From Octopus vulgaris (taxonomy: Eukaryota), in the NCBI GenBank assembly GCA_951406725.2, contig OX597824.1, positions 98,084,001 through 98,148,000 on the forward strand: DNA of 64,000 nt. The letters are read 5' to 3'. Position numbers and translations under genes: made by a program. Each line of letters starts with the position of its first letter. Within the stretch, counting starts at the first letter, position 1. A model generated the notes under the pieces. That model was not told the origin of the DNA and did no database searches. It saw only the letters and a list, made by a program, of their open reading frames with translations. This document shows, in pieces, positions 1-14,673 of the stretch.

Positions 1-43
1 TTTGCATATACACCTCATTTAATATACAGATGTGCGCGTGTGT

Positions 44-98
<55 letters not shown>

Positions 99-144
99 CA
101 TTGTATACTTCTCTCCCTCTCTCTCTCTTTCTCAATCTCTCACA

Positions 145-252
145 CGCCGAGGTCGACTTTGCCTTAATCCTTTCGGGGTCGAAAAAGGCAAAATACCGCT
201 AAGCATCTTGCCCGGCGTGCTAACGATTCCACCAGCTCACCTTGTTAATAAT

Positions 253-288
<36 letters not shown>

Positions 289-298
289 AATAATAATG

Positions 299-340
<42 letters not shown>

Positions 341-490
341 GTTTCAACTTTTGCTACAACGACAGCTATTTTGAGGAGGAGACGATTATATCGATCACAA
401 TGTTCAACTGGTATTTGTTTTATCGACCTCGAAAGGATGATAGGCAAAGTGGGCTTCGGTGGAATTTGAACTCAGAACTGAGTGACGGGC
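145..490. mobile_element. SINE family B fragments (plus 145-183; minus 186-243 and 405-490) around an (AAT)n tract
   Basis: Direct and reverse-complement matches to CGCCGAGGTCGACTTTGCCTTTCATCCTTTCGGGGTCGA and to the GAGCTGGCAGAA-CGTTAGCACGCCGGGC head found in many other copies here. (AAT)n at about 247-340. Confidence 0.8.
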
Positions 491-907
491 AAATCAATAA
501 GAAGAAGAAGAAGAAGAAGCTAAATGCGTACTCAATGACCTCAAATCTACTCCCCCACTTTTCCCCACTCCCTACATAACAGGTGAAACAGTCTGGGTGT
601 TCTGATTAAGCGAAATATCGTCAATATTTCCAGAGAAACTCTTCAGTCTTCGAGATAGCAACTTTCCCTAAAGAATTCACCAATCTTTCAATGCAATATC
701 GTGCTTTCTTTATACACCACCCTACCGACATTTGTGTGTTTATGTTATATGCATCCAATATATATCTACGAATATTTGTATATAGATACAGAAACGCTAT
801 ACATGTGTGTATTAATTATATACATCTTGTTTGCATATAAAAATGTTAATGTATATATATATATATATATGACTTACATGTGTATATATTATACAGAATA
901 CACACAT

Positions 908-961
<54 letters not shown>

Positions 962-965
<4 letters not shown>

Positions 966-1199
966 TAGAGATAAAACCACTATTATATAACTCAAACAGT
1001 GATAGACATAAACCAAAACATAAATAACAAATAATATATATTTTTATAAAACATATAACTAGATCTCAAAATGCATAGAAATGAATAATCAATATATAAT
1101 GAGTAAAAAAAATCTACGTACGTTTCATGGCTATAATTAAATTCGAATTACAATTAAATTTAAATTTAATTGAAATTCGAATTCAATTTAAAATTATTA

Positions 1200-1200
<1 letters not shown>
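962..1200 (-). mobile_element. Probable Penelope-like terminal-repeat relic with hammerhead half-site and AT-rich palindrome
   Basis: Minus strand reads CATGAAACGTACGTAG (GAAA, palindromic ACGTACGT, then A) next to a 54-bp near-perfect palindrome at 1135-1188. The CTGANGA half is absent. Confidence 0.4.
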
Positions 1201-1664
<464 letters not shown>

Positions 1665-1673
1665 TCTCAAATC

Positions 1674-1985
1674 TTAGTAATCCATGGGATTTATCATCGG
1701 AGGATTATAAGAGGCCAAAAAATTGGGGTAGGAGTTGTGGAAATTCTCTGACAACCACTTCTGACTCCATCTGAAAGTATTGCAAAGGGCTAAATCCAGC
1801 TGCCACAAATATGCCTTCCAGCAGCAACTTTCTCCAGCCAGGGTTTCACTACAGTCTCCAGAAGCTTCACGCCTGAATTGAGCCCTGTTTAAAGATGTAG
1901 GGGTACGTAACGTTATCCTCACTGGAGACTCATCGAAAGACAATAAGGGTCTGGGGAAACTTGGTTTTCAGGATTCCCATATCAC
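1674..1985 (-). pseudogene. Decayed Tc1/mariner-superfamily transposase fragment (catalytic domain, maT/DD37D-like)
   Basis: Minus-strand frames give KTKFPQTLIVF..VSSEDNV.YPYIFKQG, VKLLETVVKPWLEKVAAGR, YLWQLDLALCNT (decayed QQDxAPxH) and [14 protein letters not shown] (decayed WPPxSPDxNPxDY), with stops and frameshifts. Confidence 0.85.
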
Positions 1986-3626
1986 AATTTACAGCGTTTA
2001 CAGAACATTGAGCAAACAGTCATGGTGACGCCATTTTGACCCCAAGCGCCATTCATGAGGATATAGGTTCCTCTTCCCCAATATTCAAATGGCTTCCAGT
2101 CCTCAATGTCAGCTAACTTTTTCTCAACTACAACTTTAATTCTTATGCACACCAACGCCATTGACTGTTCACCGATGCACCAAGCGCTTCCTGTAAAAAA
2201 AGGGGGCTTGAAATACCGTCAAATTTAGCCCCGAACAACTGGCATAGATATTTGTTCACACTAACACACACACACACACACGGGTATTATTCATGCATAC
2301 ACCCACGCACACATACATATATACACGCATACATACATACAATCATACATACATACATACATACATACAATCATTTATATACATACATTGATACGTACAT
2401 ACATACATTCATTTACATACATACATACATACAAGAACACGGTGATATATGTATAGATATTTACTCATGCAAGCTGACACGCATACATATGGAAACAGGT
2501 ACATACTTTAATATAAACATGCATACGTATATGCATCAACATATATATATATATATATATATATACTAACACGTACAGGGGTATTTATTCACGCAAATAC
2601 ACAGGTATACATACACATACATAGATATTTGCTTACACTAACACAATGCACATTGCATTGTGTATAAAACTGAAATAAAACAATGCAGGCACACACACAC
2701 TTACACACATACAATACAAATATACACACATACAACACACATACAGCACACACACATACACAAACACCTTCCTTCACACTTACCTTCATTCATAAAGATA
2801 CGCATACACAAATCCATAAGCTGTACACCTGGATTATTAATGTAATTTACACGCATGCATTCATGTACGACAACGCATACATAATCCCTTTAAAATGCAT
2901 CCACACACTGCAGGCATATTCGCACACGAAATTCTTATAACCTACACGGGCTCACAAACATACGCAAACACATGAATACAATCGCATAGATGCACACAAA
3001 AGCTATTCATACGACCACACACACACACACCATACATGTACTCAGCTAAAATTGCAATAAAACAGATGTTCCCACACACAAATACATACAACCATCAACG
3101 CGCAGACGCATTCACCTAAACAAGCAACAGCAGATTCACAAACTGCAGACACATACACACAGAAAGCACGCTTGCAACTCCACACACATTCACCAAACTA
3201 TACAGATACGTGAACACAGCTAAAATTCCAATAAAAGCCCCTATATTGAGCCTCTATTATTGTGGTTTCAATACCAGACGATAATGTTCCGACATATATT
3301 AAAATGGCGTCAATTAAGGAGAATAGATCACGTGGTACGTTCTGCTTTAATAGCGACACAACACATGGTGGCGAGCTGAAATCAAATGTTTACTTCCTAC
3401 GTACACATGTTGTGTATATGTGTACGTACGTATATATGTGTATGTATGCGCACATGTGTAAATGTGTGTATGTGTGTGCATGCATATATACATATATATA
3501 TTTATATATATATTGATTGGTAGATACATAGAGATATGTGTGTATATGAGTGTGTGTGTGTGCACGCGCACCTATGTGGGTGTATGTATATATATATATA
3601 TATATATATTTGTTTATATAATTACA

Positions 3627-3668
<42 letters not shown>

Positions 3669-3719
3669 TATTAAATATACGTATGTGCCTATCTATATAC
3701 CTGCATAAGGCATGTTTAT

Positions 3720-3943
<224 letters not shown>

Positions 3944-4254
3944 TGTGTGTGCGCGTGAGTGCGTGAGAATGATTCACATGAAATTGAAAACAATATGCCC
4001 TAAATTAGCACGTTGATGATAATGAGTAAAATGAGGGGAGTGGACGGAGGAGAGAGGAGGAGAGAGGGGGAGCGGATTGGGAGGATTATATTGGCAATAA
4101 TCATTACAATGAAATAACCACTCACAGAGCTATCGAACAATCAATTATTGATCAGTCTACTTAATGATATACATACGGATATATGAATGTGTGTGTATGT
4201 GTGCATAAAATATACACATAGATAATTAAATGGGTCTTTATTTATACATATATA

Positions 4255-4833
<579 letters not shown>

Positions 4834-5019
4834 CACGTCGATAGGCATACATACGTGGACGGTGATGGCGATGGTGGGGTGTTTAATGTGAAATTAGCTG
4901 TGTCGGTGGTGGTGGTGGTGGTGGTGGTGGTGGTGGTGGGGTTTTGGAGTTTATGATGACGATGTGGAAGTTGGTGTTGCGGCGGTCGTGGTTACAAAAG
5001 TTGTGTTGATGGAGTGGGG

Positions 5020-5067
<48 letters not shown>

Positions 5068-5424
5068 TATTCTTGTTACTGTTGTTGTTATCGTCGTGTC
5101 GTTCTTGTCGTTGCTGTTGTAGCAGAAATGCTACCACCACCACTACCAACACAACTACTACTACTACTACTGCTACTACTACTGCTGCTACTACTACTAC
5201 TTAAGAGATGTTCAACGTGTAATCGTATTGAAATACTTGTATTATTAGTCATCATTATAATGGTATATAGAGGGGGGGATATACATACATATATATATAT
5301 ATATATACATATGTGTGTGTGTGTATGAATACATATGTATATGTGTGTGCGTGCGTGTGTGTGTGTCTATATATAATATATATATATATATCACAGGGTG
5401 GAGGGGTGACACTGTTCGTGTTGA

Positions 5425-5740
5425 TATTGGTGGTGGTTGTGGTTGCGTTGATGGTTGTGATGGTGGTGGTGATGGTGGTGGTGATGGTGGTGGTAGCGTT
5501 GATGGTTGTGGTGGTGGTGGTGGTGATGGTATTGTTTGTAGTGATGGTGGTGATGATGGTAGGGTGGTGGTGGTGGTGGTGGTTGTGGTGATGATGGTTG
5601 TGGTGGTGGTGGTGGTGATGGTATTGTTTGTAGTGATGGTGGTGATGATGGTAGGGTGGTGGTGGTGGTGGTGGTTGTGGTGATGGTGGTGTTTGTAGTG
5701 ATGGTGGTGATGATGGTAGGGTGGTGGTGGTGGTGGTGAT
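5425..5740. repeat. (GGT/GAT)n low-complexity tract with a higher-order repeat
   Basis: The block GTTTGTAGTGATGGTGGTGATGATGGTAGGGTGGTGG occurs three times (about 5534, 5626, 5690). Confidence 0.9.
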
Positions 5741-6254
5741 TGATCTTAGAGTGGTGAAAACCACCAGCTTATAGCGATGCTGCTGCTGCTGCTGCTGCTG
5801 CTCTCGGTGCCACCGTTCATTGATGCTGTGGAACGCGTGGAATGCAGCCTTACCGAATAAATATTTACTATTAACAAAGTCTCGCTTCATTGGCTCATAA
5901 TTCACCCGGATTCTTCTTCTTCTTCATCTTGTTGTTGTTGCTGGGGGTTGTTGTTTAGCTGTGGTCATAGCAGTGACAGTCGTTAACTGCTGTTGCTAAT
6001 GGAATTGTTGCTGTTGCTGTTGCTGCTGCTGCTTGTGGTGGTGGTGGTGGTGGTGGTGGTGGTGGCTAGTTGTTCCTATTGTTGTAATCTTAATGGTAAT
6101 GATGAGAGTGTAGTGGCGGCGGTGGCGGTGGTGGTGGTCATCGTAGGGTGTTGATCTTATTAACTTTATTATTATCAGATTTATTCTCATCATCATCATC
6201 ATAGTCGTCATCGTTGTCACCTGCACCATTAACTTTCAGGTGATAGTTCTATCT

Positions 6255-6605
6255 GCAAGAAATAGCAGCCAAATCTCTCAAAATCTCTCAAAATCATAAA
6301 TAAAGAAGGATACATTACAAAACGTAGTCCCACAAGTCCCCAAATATAAGGGACAGTCATGGCTGGAACACTTGTGATAATAAAGCAGTTCAGCGAGGGA
6401 TGACCCAGGGCTGAACAGTGGATCCCCAGCTAGAAACAGTAGTTAAATTGCCCTCAAATCATAACTTAGAGTCTCAAAAAGCAACGTGGAGAATGTTGGT
6501 GAGAGTAGTCCTAGGTATACATAAGGACGTGATGGTCATTACCAGAGCGCCTTAGATCATAGACTAGCTCCAACAGAACTTTCCTAGGGTTAAATAAACA
6601 ATTAC
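6255..6605 (+). mobile_element. Two tandem decayed copies of interspersed repeat family D (SINE-like)
   Basis: Both copies read (GC)AAGAAATAGCAGCCAAAT..CTCAAATCA..GTAGTCC..GGTCATGGCTGGAA..TTGATCAT..GACC..GGGCTAAAC. Related pieces at about 44815-44890, 45720-45825 and 58395-58475. Confidence 0.7.
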
Positions 6606-6844
6606 GACAGCAACATCGTCTCCACCACAACCATCACCGTCATCATCATCCCCATGACCAACATCAACACGTCCCACTCCTCCACCCCCTGATTATCCCA
6701 TTCTAACTCCAGTATCACCATCATCACCACTCTCATCTTCATCATTATCAGCATCATGATAACCACATAATCGTCATAATCGTCATCATAATCTTTGTTA
6801 TCATCATCATCGTCGTCGTCTTCGTCGTCATCGTCACTACCAAC

Positions 6845-6846
<2 letters not shown>

Positions 6847-6919
<73 letters not shown>

Positions 6920-7165
6920 TTGGTTTGTTTCAGGTTTGGTCTTATTCCTGGTAGGGATTCTGTGGATAGCGGGTTACTGCCTGTGACCTTAGGTATCCAC
7001 AAGTTTTCAGCAGTTTTTCAAGTGCTTGGGACCCTCCTGATACTCCTTGCTGTCCCCAAGAAACAAACTTTTTGTAGGAGCTCTACCAACCATTCTATTT
7101 CAATCTCCCTCAGCCATTTGTCTACTTCTTAGCTTTACTGTTCCAATAAATACCGTGATATTGTT
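6847..7165 (-). mobile_element. 3' end of an R4/Dong-type (restriction-like endonuclease, RLE) LINE with (TAA)n tail
   Basis: Minus strand encodes VDKWLREIEIEWLVELLQKVCFLGTARSIRRV (the QKxxLLGTARILR terminus), then a short 3' UTR and (TAA)n at 6847-6920. Confidence 0.8.
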
Positions 7166-7169
7166 TTAC

Positions 7170-7531
7170 TTCTCAGAACGTTCAGTCTTGTTTGCTCTGG
7201 TAGATTCTGCGAGAACAGACAATAACATGTTGTCAGATGGCTCACAGGGTCTCTTTCTGCACATTATAAGCTTTGATACTTGGTTGTTAATTAACGTGGA
7301 AGACATTCAACATCCAAGTACCAATCTCAAAATCCTAGCTGTCCTCAGCAGAGCAGTTTTTTGGGCTTGCTCTGCTCTCATGTCAATTCTGATTTCTTTG
7401 ACATATTTCTCGAACTTGGCCGTTAGTGCTCCGAATGCCCCAACAACTACTGGAATGACAGACCCTCTCATCATAGTCCAGAAAACACTTTTCTCTCTAA
7501 CCAATCCCTGATGAACTCCTTCAAGTTTCAC
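7170..7531 (-). mobile_element. Second R4/Dong-type LINE 3' fragment
   Basis: ORF 7307-7531 contains VIPVVVGAFGALTAKFEKYVKEIRIDMRAEQAQKTALLRTARILRLVL, the typical C-terminus of the RLE domain. Confidence 0.88.
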
Positions 7532-7684
7532 TTGAAAAGGAAAATAAGGAAAGAGAGAGAAGTGGTGTCTTCTAGACAGTTTGCTGAAAGGTTAATGAAA
7601 GTGGCGAGAATGGAGTGAGTGAACGGGCCTACCCTGAGCATACGCCTGTAGTTGGAAAAAAAGGAAAGGAAAAGGCACCTGCTC

Positions 7685-7764
<80 letters not shown>

Positions 7765-7766
<2 letters not shown>

Positions 7767-8170
7767 AGAAATGGAAAATGGAGACAAACGCACAAGATAT
7801 TTAAATCATTTATATTACATGTGTGGGTTTTTTTTATTTCTTGAGTGCTTATGTGACATCTGGCTACCCTGGTAACTATTACTCCGGATCTTTCCTTGAA
7901 AATTAAACATATATATATATATAATTTATTATACACGATTTATAAAAGAGCTACCAATAGTTTCATGTTGTAGACATACAATAATTTGGCAGATTTATTA
8001 TAACATGTCATGTAGCTGCAAGCTTTCTTATTCGATTCAGTGCAGATCATTAGACGTATTTAAAAACCAAAACACTGCTCTATGAGAAAACATGAGAAAA
8101 ATACGAGAAGAAAAACACAAAGGGAGTTACATGCCTAGTCAATAACGTTTCCCATAAATGAACTTAAAGG
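7765..8170 (-). mobile_element. Probable Penelope-like terminal-repeat relic with decayed long-stem hammerhead
   Basis: Minus strand has CTAATGA (8053-8047), about 80 nt with partial self-complementarity, then CATGAAACTATTGGTA (7967-7952). Flanked by (AT)n. Confidence 0.35.
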
Positions 8171-8216
8171 AAATTTGTGTGTGTGTGTGTATGTGTGTAT
8201 GCACACATACACACAT

Positions 8217-8285
<69 letters not shown>

Positions 8286-8661
8286 TGCATCCTATTTACA
8301 GCCGAGTAGTCTGAGGCATCGAGAATGACATCACATCATAGATCCACGGCGAAAGATTTGCAGTTGTATCCGGATGTGAACCCTGTACCCGACTCTCTCT
8401 AATTTCGTTTAACTGCTGTAACCAAACCTACCAAACACAGATCAATGTGTGTATAATACTTCTGGATAATTGATTCATTGATTATCGATTTATACGAGTC
8501 GTATCAGTGCATTTTCGCAATTACATTAAACTTATTCCTTTTCACACCCCACCCTCAACCTTCCTCTCCTTCTTCTTTCTCCTCTCTCTTATTTTATATG
8601 TTTGTGTTTTCATATTTGTATTCAAAGGTTTGTAAAAACTAACACGGATATCTATAAAATA

Positions 8662-8727
<66 letters not shown>

Positions 8728-8978
8728 CAATAAGGAAAATAATTTTTTCTGGTGAAACATTTCAGCAGTTTTGCCACCGGAACCGATTCAACGTTCGGAT
8801 ATTTTCTTATAAGTCTGTATGTATCAGTACACGTTCTTTGATGTCTTACCCATACACACACATGCACACACATACATTTGCTTACTCATACACACAGACA
8901 CACACACACACACACACACGCATACACACACATACATTTCTTTGAAGAAATGTCAAATCCTAAAGAAATGCAAATTGC

Positions 8979-9029
<51 letters not shown>

Positions 9030-9480
9030 ACACAAACACACACACGTACACACAAATACAGAATTATTTGTCCCAAACAACTCCACAAAAGAATAGATGT
9101 CTCCAAAACAGTTTCCCTTAAAAATTACTCAACCATGAAAAGTACTATCCATTAGAAATATGGCTGATAGCTCACACCCCTAATTAATTTTTTTCAAATA
9201 AACTTTTTATAAATATACCGATGCAAAGCATTGAATTATTTAAAAAATCATCACACACAAACAATTATTTTGATAAATAAATAAATAAACGAAAACGCCC
9301 ACAACCACCCCACAAACAAACCTTAAACAAATTAATATCATCACGCACCCACTACCCACCCAACAATTTCAAGAAGTACAAACACGACACCATAGAAATA
9401 ACACATACAACCAATGGAAAACCAGCGAACAAACAACATCAACGGATATCTAAACACCACCAATACCGAATCACAATAGC

Positions 9481-9522
9481 TTCACCTGATGATCGCTGTA
9501 GCTTGAAACTCGAGTCACGAGA
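9481..9522 (+). ncRNA. Hammerhead ribozyme-like motif (minimal type I, partly decayed)
   Basis: CTGATGA-tcgctgtagctt-GAAA-ctcgag-TC. Core intact and stem III palindromic (ACTCGAGT); stem II weak and stem I not supported. Confidence 0.55.
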
Positions 9523-9626
9523 GAAACTCTCAACTTCAGTTATAATATATGAGCCCTATCCTCTTCATCGTGTATTGAGTACTTCTTTTTCATTCGTTCG
9601 ACATAAGCAATTTCCGTATATACATA

Positions 9627-9668
<42 letters not shown>

Positions 9669-11300
9669 AATGCAAACACCAGGATTATTTTATCCCTACT
9701 AACCCACTTTATATGTGTGTGCGTGTATGCATGCCTGCGTGTGTGTGCGCGCGTGTATGCATCTATGTGTGTGTGTTGTTGTTGTTGTTGTTTCGTCCCA
9801 TGATCAGAAGCGATGCAGGTTTCCAGAATTTCTGCCTCGACTCGAATAGAACAAACCACTCCAAACCCTTGTTATAGGAACCGAGTGAATGGAGTTGTGA
9901 CTGACTGGCTGGTATACCGGTCATGAGAGTCGTTTAATGCAAATAATGATATCAAACCTAGCCATGATCATTTGAATACGTTTAATGCGTGTTTCGGGTA
10001 AGTGCGCAATAAAAAGGAAATTCATCTCCCACGCTTCCATATTTAAAGGGCGAATTCCATCTGATTTGATCGACTTATCCCCACCTCCCCCGAAATTGCT
10101 GGCCTTGTGTCAAAATTTTAAACTCACGAAGTTTCAAAATTTGTTGACGTAAACAGTGCATGTATGTGTGTGGGGTGGGGTGTAGTTTTATTAATACTTA
10201 TTAATGGTCTAAGAATATGTCTGTTCTGGTTTTGTCTTGCGGTCAACGTCGATCAAAATAACAAAACTGTTTTTCCAGTTTATCGCATTCGATGTAGATT
10301 AAAAATGAGTGTATTTTCATTCATTTTAAATTGAAATAAAATCCCGTCATTTTGATGACTTCCTTAATACACATTCTCGAAACACAAATGTTGTTAATAG
10401 ATATTCTCAAAACCAAAATCTATCGTCTCGAATATTCGTTGCCAGGACAACGGAAGAATAATTGAACTTCACAGGTAACCCAGCAACAACAATTAGACGG
10501 AAACGAAAATTCTGAATCACAGGGAGGGGAATAAAATTTAATAAATTTCTTCGATTGGCGACCTCTATTAACTGTTCAAAATACGATAGCGGTAGGGGTG
10601 TATTTTCGCCACCACGTAATGGTCAGTTGATATGTTGCTTATAGTCCACATTCAGTGCTGCGTTACCTAAAAGCAGTTAACCCCCTACTAAAATGGTTTC
10701 TATCAACGCTGTTTTAATATTTGTCATGACAATGAGCAATAGGTCCGAAATCTTGATATATTAAAGTGAGTGTCATTTATTTAGAACAAAACATTAGAAT
10801 CCCTGTATTGTTACTGGCTTCGTCAAATTCCAGATTTAAAAGCAAAATGCCTTTTAATAGCTTTTCTAAAGCCCAAGGGACATCATACATGCATATCTAT
10901 CTATCTACCTTTCTATGTGTGTGTGGTGGTGGTGGGGGCAAATGAATGCGAAATAAATGATGCTTTGTCTCAGACAGAAGCTGTGCGCCCCCACCTCAGA
11001 TATTTTGCAAGGTTTTCTAAATCCATTGCAAAGCTGGATATATGGATATATATACATTTTCGCGTGCGCGCGAGCGTGTGAATGTGTATTAATGTGTGTG
11101 CAAAGCGCAATTATACCTTGTATTGTTTGGAAGTTGGGAGGAACCCAACATCGCGGCAAGAAACTCAGCTGAGGGCAGCAAATTGAAACTCCGTCATTCA
11201 TTAAATGCCAGCTGAAGACGAAACTGTGAAAGTCTAGCAACACCCACGGCGATGCCCCAGCATGGCCACAGCTTCAAGGCAAAAGATGTATGTATATATA

Positions 11301-11337
<37 letters not shown>

Positions 11338-11354
11338 GCTTGTGTATATATATA

Positions 11355-11385
<31 letters not shown>

Positions 11386-11610
11386 ATGTATAATATGTAA
11401 ATATATGTACAAGTGTGTGTGTGTGTGTGTGTCTGTGTCTGTGCGTGTGTACAAACAGTTATGTATATCTATACATATATATATATTTATATACAAATAC
11501 ATCTATATATGTATGCATAAGTGTGGGTATGTGTATGTATGTATGTATGTAAATCTATAATACATATACATCTACACACACGCAAAATCACTAACACAGG
11601 CACACATTCG

Positions 11611-11650
<40 letters not shown>

Positions 11651-11667
11651 ATATTTGTATAAATAAC

Positions 11668-11751
<84 letters not shown>

Positions 11752-11960
11752 TTTGTATATTTGTATATATATATATTTGTATATATATTTGTATATTTGT
11801 ATATATATATATCTATTAAGACAGGTAAAAGCTATGTTATGTATTGTAGGAGAGAGCAATGAGAGATGTCATCCGTTTCCTCCCACCCAGAAACACAAAA
11901 CTAGTCTCAAATGTAATCAATATAGTGTTACGTGAAGCCAGTATTCTTGGGTACTGCAAG

Positions 11961-12085
<125 letters not shown>

Positions 12086-12326
12086 TTTTCGTAGCAGTTG
12101 ACATCAGTCGAAACTGACAGGGGTATCTTGGCAGCTAGAAAAATAAATCTTGTTGCCGTCTAAATATATACACACACAGATATCTATTTCTTTCCCCACC
12201 CCCACTCTCTCCCTCTCTCTCTTTCTTTCTCTTTCTTTCTCTCTTCCTTTCTTTTTTCCTCTCTCCCCCTCTCTCTCTCTCTTTCTCTCTAAATTTCCAT
12301 TCATATATATATATATGTATGTATAC

Positions 12327-12400
<74 letters not shown>

Positions 12401-12457
12401 TAACACAGTATATTATATATATATATATATATGATAGATAGATAGATAGATAGATAG

Positions 12458-12508
<51 letters not shown>

Positions 12509-12893
12509 AAATATCTGTATATGTGTATGTGTGTGTGTATACATACATACACACACACACAAAGAAACATACACACACACACACACACACACACATATAT
12601 TTAACGTTGTATTGTTACTTCCCCGCGACAAGAACTCTGAGAAGCTGTTGTTGGTGGATGGAGGCTGGGTCGGGAGAGATGTTTCCCAACAAAGAATCTG
12701 TTCAAAGTCATCTCAAATATCAGACATTCTGAGAGTTACCATAAGGCATTCGAGGACTGCCACTAGCTACCCTTTTGGGTGGAGTGGGGTCCCAGATTCT
12801 CTCGTTAGGAGCCTTTTGTTATTTTACTGTTAGTCTCTAATTTCGCCTCCCCTAGACACCGCCACATGCTTCCACATAACCATCTGCCTATAT

Positions 12894-12944
<51 letters not shown>

Positions 12945-14276
12945 GATGTGTGTGTATGTAGGTTTGTACCTTCCCAGCTACCTAACTACTTACCTACTAA
13001 TTACCCACCTTTCTACCTGTGGCTCTGCATATATTTATTTGTACTTTAGTACCAGCATTTCTAAATATTTATCTTCCCTTACCTTGGACATGCCATTAAC
13101 ATAATTAGCAGAATAATTACCTGGGTAGAGTTACTTAACCTGGTTATCACTAGAAACCACTTGTCTCTCTCTCGCTCTCTCTCTTTCTCTTTCACCTTTT
13201 CTCTATTCCTCTCTTTCCCTCTCCCTCTCCCCCTCTCTCTCTCTCTCCCTACTTTTATATGTGTGTGTGTGTAAAGAGAGAGGGGAGAGAGTGACAGGGA
13301 GACAGACAGACAGAGTGAGAGAATAATGTCTATACGAACGGGAGAATAAGAACTCAATATATAAATTCAGATACTTATAGTATTTTATTAGAGGTGAGAG
13401 GCTGAAACAGCCGAAAGCTTGGTGCAAACGCACTCTAATTCGATCCTAGAGTCACTGATCTAACTTCTCATCTGTAGTAGAATCTTATTGACAGACAGAC
13501 AGACAGACAGACAAATACAGACAGACAGACAGACAGATAGATAGCGTTCTATTTTTACGGGGAACGCATGACCTCAGTGTCTGATATCAAGTGAACTTGT
13601 GAATTCGATGCCGGCATCGTTTGGTCAGTATTGGTGGAATATTTCCACGGCGGAATTGGTGAGAAAAGATTTGAGACTTTTTCTGTTGATCCAAAGTCCT
13701 GTCGTCTCACTTTTCGATTTTTCGTTCTACTCTTTTCTTTTTCCGTCTCTGAGGTAAATGTTTTGTTTAGAATAGAGAACAGTGGGCAACAGCATTCCAG
13801 GTGAGACTTAGCCAACGTATCAGGCTCTTTGGACTGAAAAGTTCTAAAGATTCAAAGCATATTCTGCAGATTGTATCGACTTTATTGTTGTTCTGTGTCC
13901 TCCATCTTAAGCTATTCCCCGAAGTTGCACCAAAGTCTCTTGTTATTTGACGCTTGGATGAGATTATTCGAGAGAACAAAGTGAAGCTGATTAAGGATTG
14001 AAATTATCAAAGCAGCCATGTTTGAGCTCATCTTCTTTGGAAAAGTGGTTTCTTCCTCGCTTAGCATTTTTTGTTTTTTGTCCTTTAGCTTTTCAGTTTT
14101 TTCTTACGTGCATCGAAGAATATACAGTATATAAATCGGATTGGGGTTCCATTCAGCCACATAACCCCTTTAAGGACTTTCTGAAGCGAGAACTCATTTA
14201 CAAAAGCTTTTTTTGAAGATTTTAGTATGTTTGATAAACTTTGCAATGTCATTTATGTAAATAATAAACAGAAATA

Positions 14277-14439
14277 GGCGCAGAAGTGGCTGTGTGGTAA
14301 GTAGCTTGCTAACCAACCACATGGTTCCGGTTTCAGTCCCACTGCATGGCATCTTGGGCAAGTGTCTTCTGCTATAGCCCCGGGCCGACCAATGCCTTGT
14401 GAGTGGATTTGGTAGACGGAAACTGAAAGAAGCCTGTCG

Positions 14440-14472
<33 letters not shown>

Positions 14473-14673
14473 TTGTGTGTCTGTGTTTGTCCCCCTAGCA
14501 TTGCTTGACAACCGATGCTGGTGTGTTTACGTCCCCGTCACTTAGCGGTTCGGCAAAAGGGTCCGATAGAATAAGTACTGGGCTTACAAAGAATAAGTCC
14601 CGGGGTCGATTTGCTCGACTAAAGGCGGTGCTCCAGCATGGTTACAGTCAAATGACTGAAACAAGTAAAAGAG
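14277..14673 (+). mobile_element. Full-length tRNA-derived SINE, family A
   Basis: Head GGCGCAGAAGTGGCTGTGTGGTAAG (box A-like) and GGTTTCAGTCCC (box B-like), internal (AT)n(GT)n, tail ending GACTGAAACAAGTAAAAGAG. More than 10 related copies in the window. Confidence 0.93.

Noticed and set aside
615-657. Minus-strand CTGAAGA...GAAATATT motif
   Set aside because: No convincing stems in register with the core.
2641-2663. 10-bp inverted repeat ACACAATGCA/TGCATTGTGT
   Set aside because: Short and within CA/TG-rich sequence where such matches arise easily.
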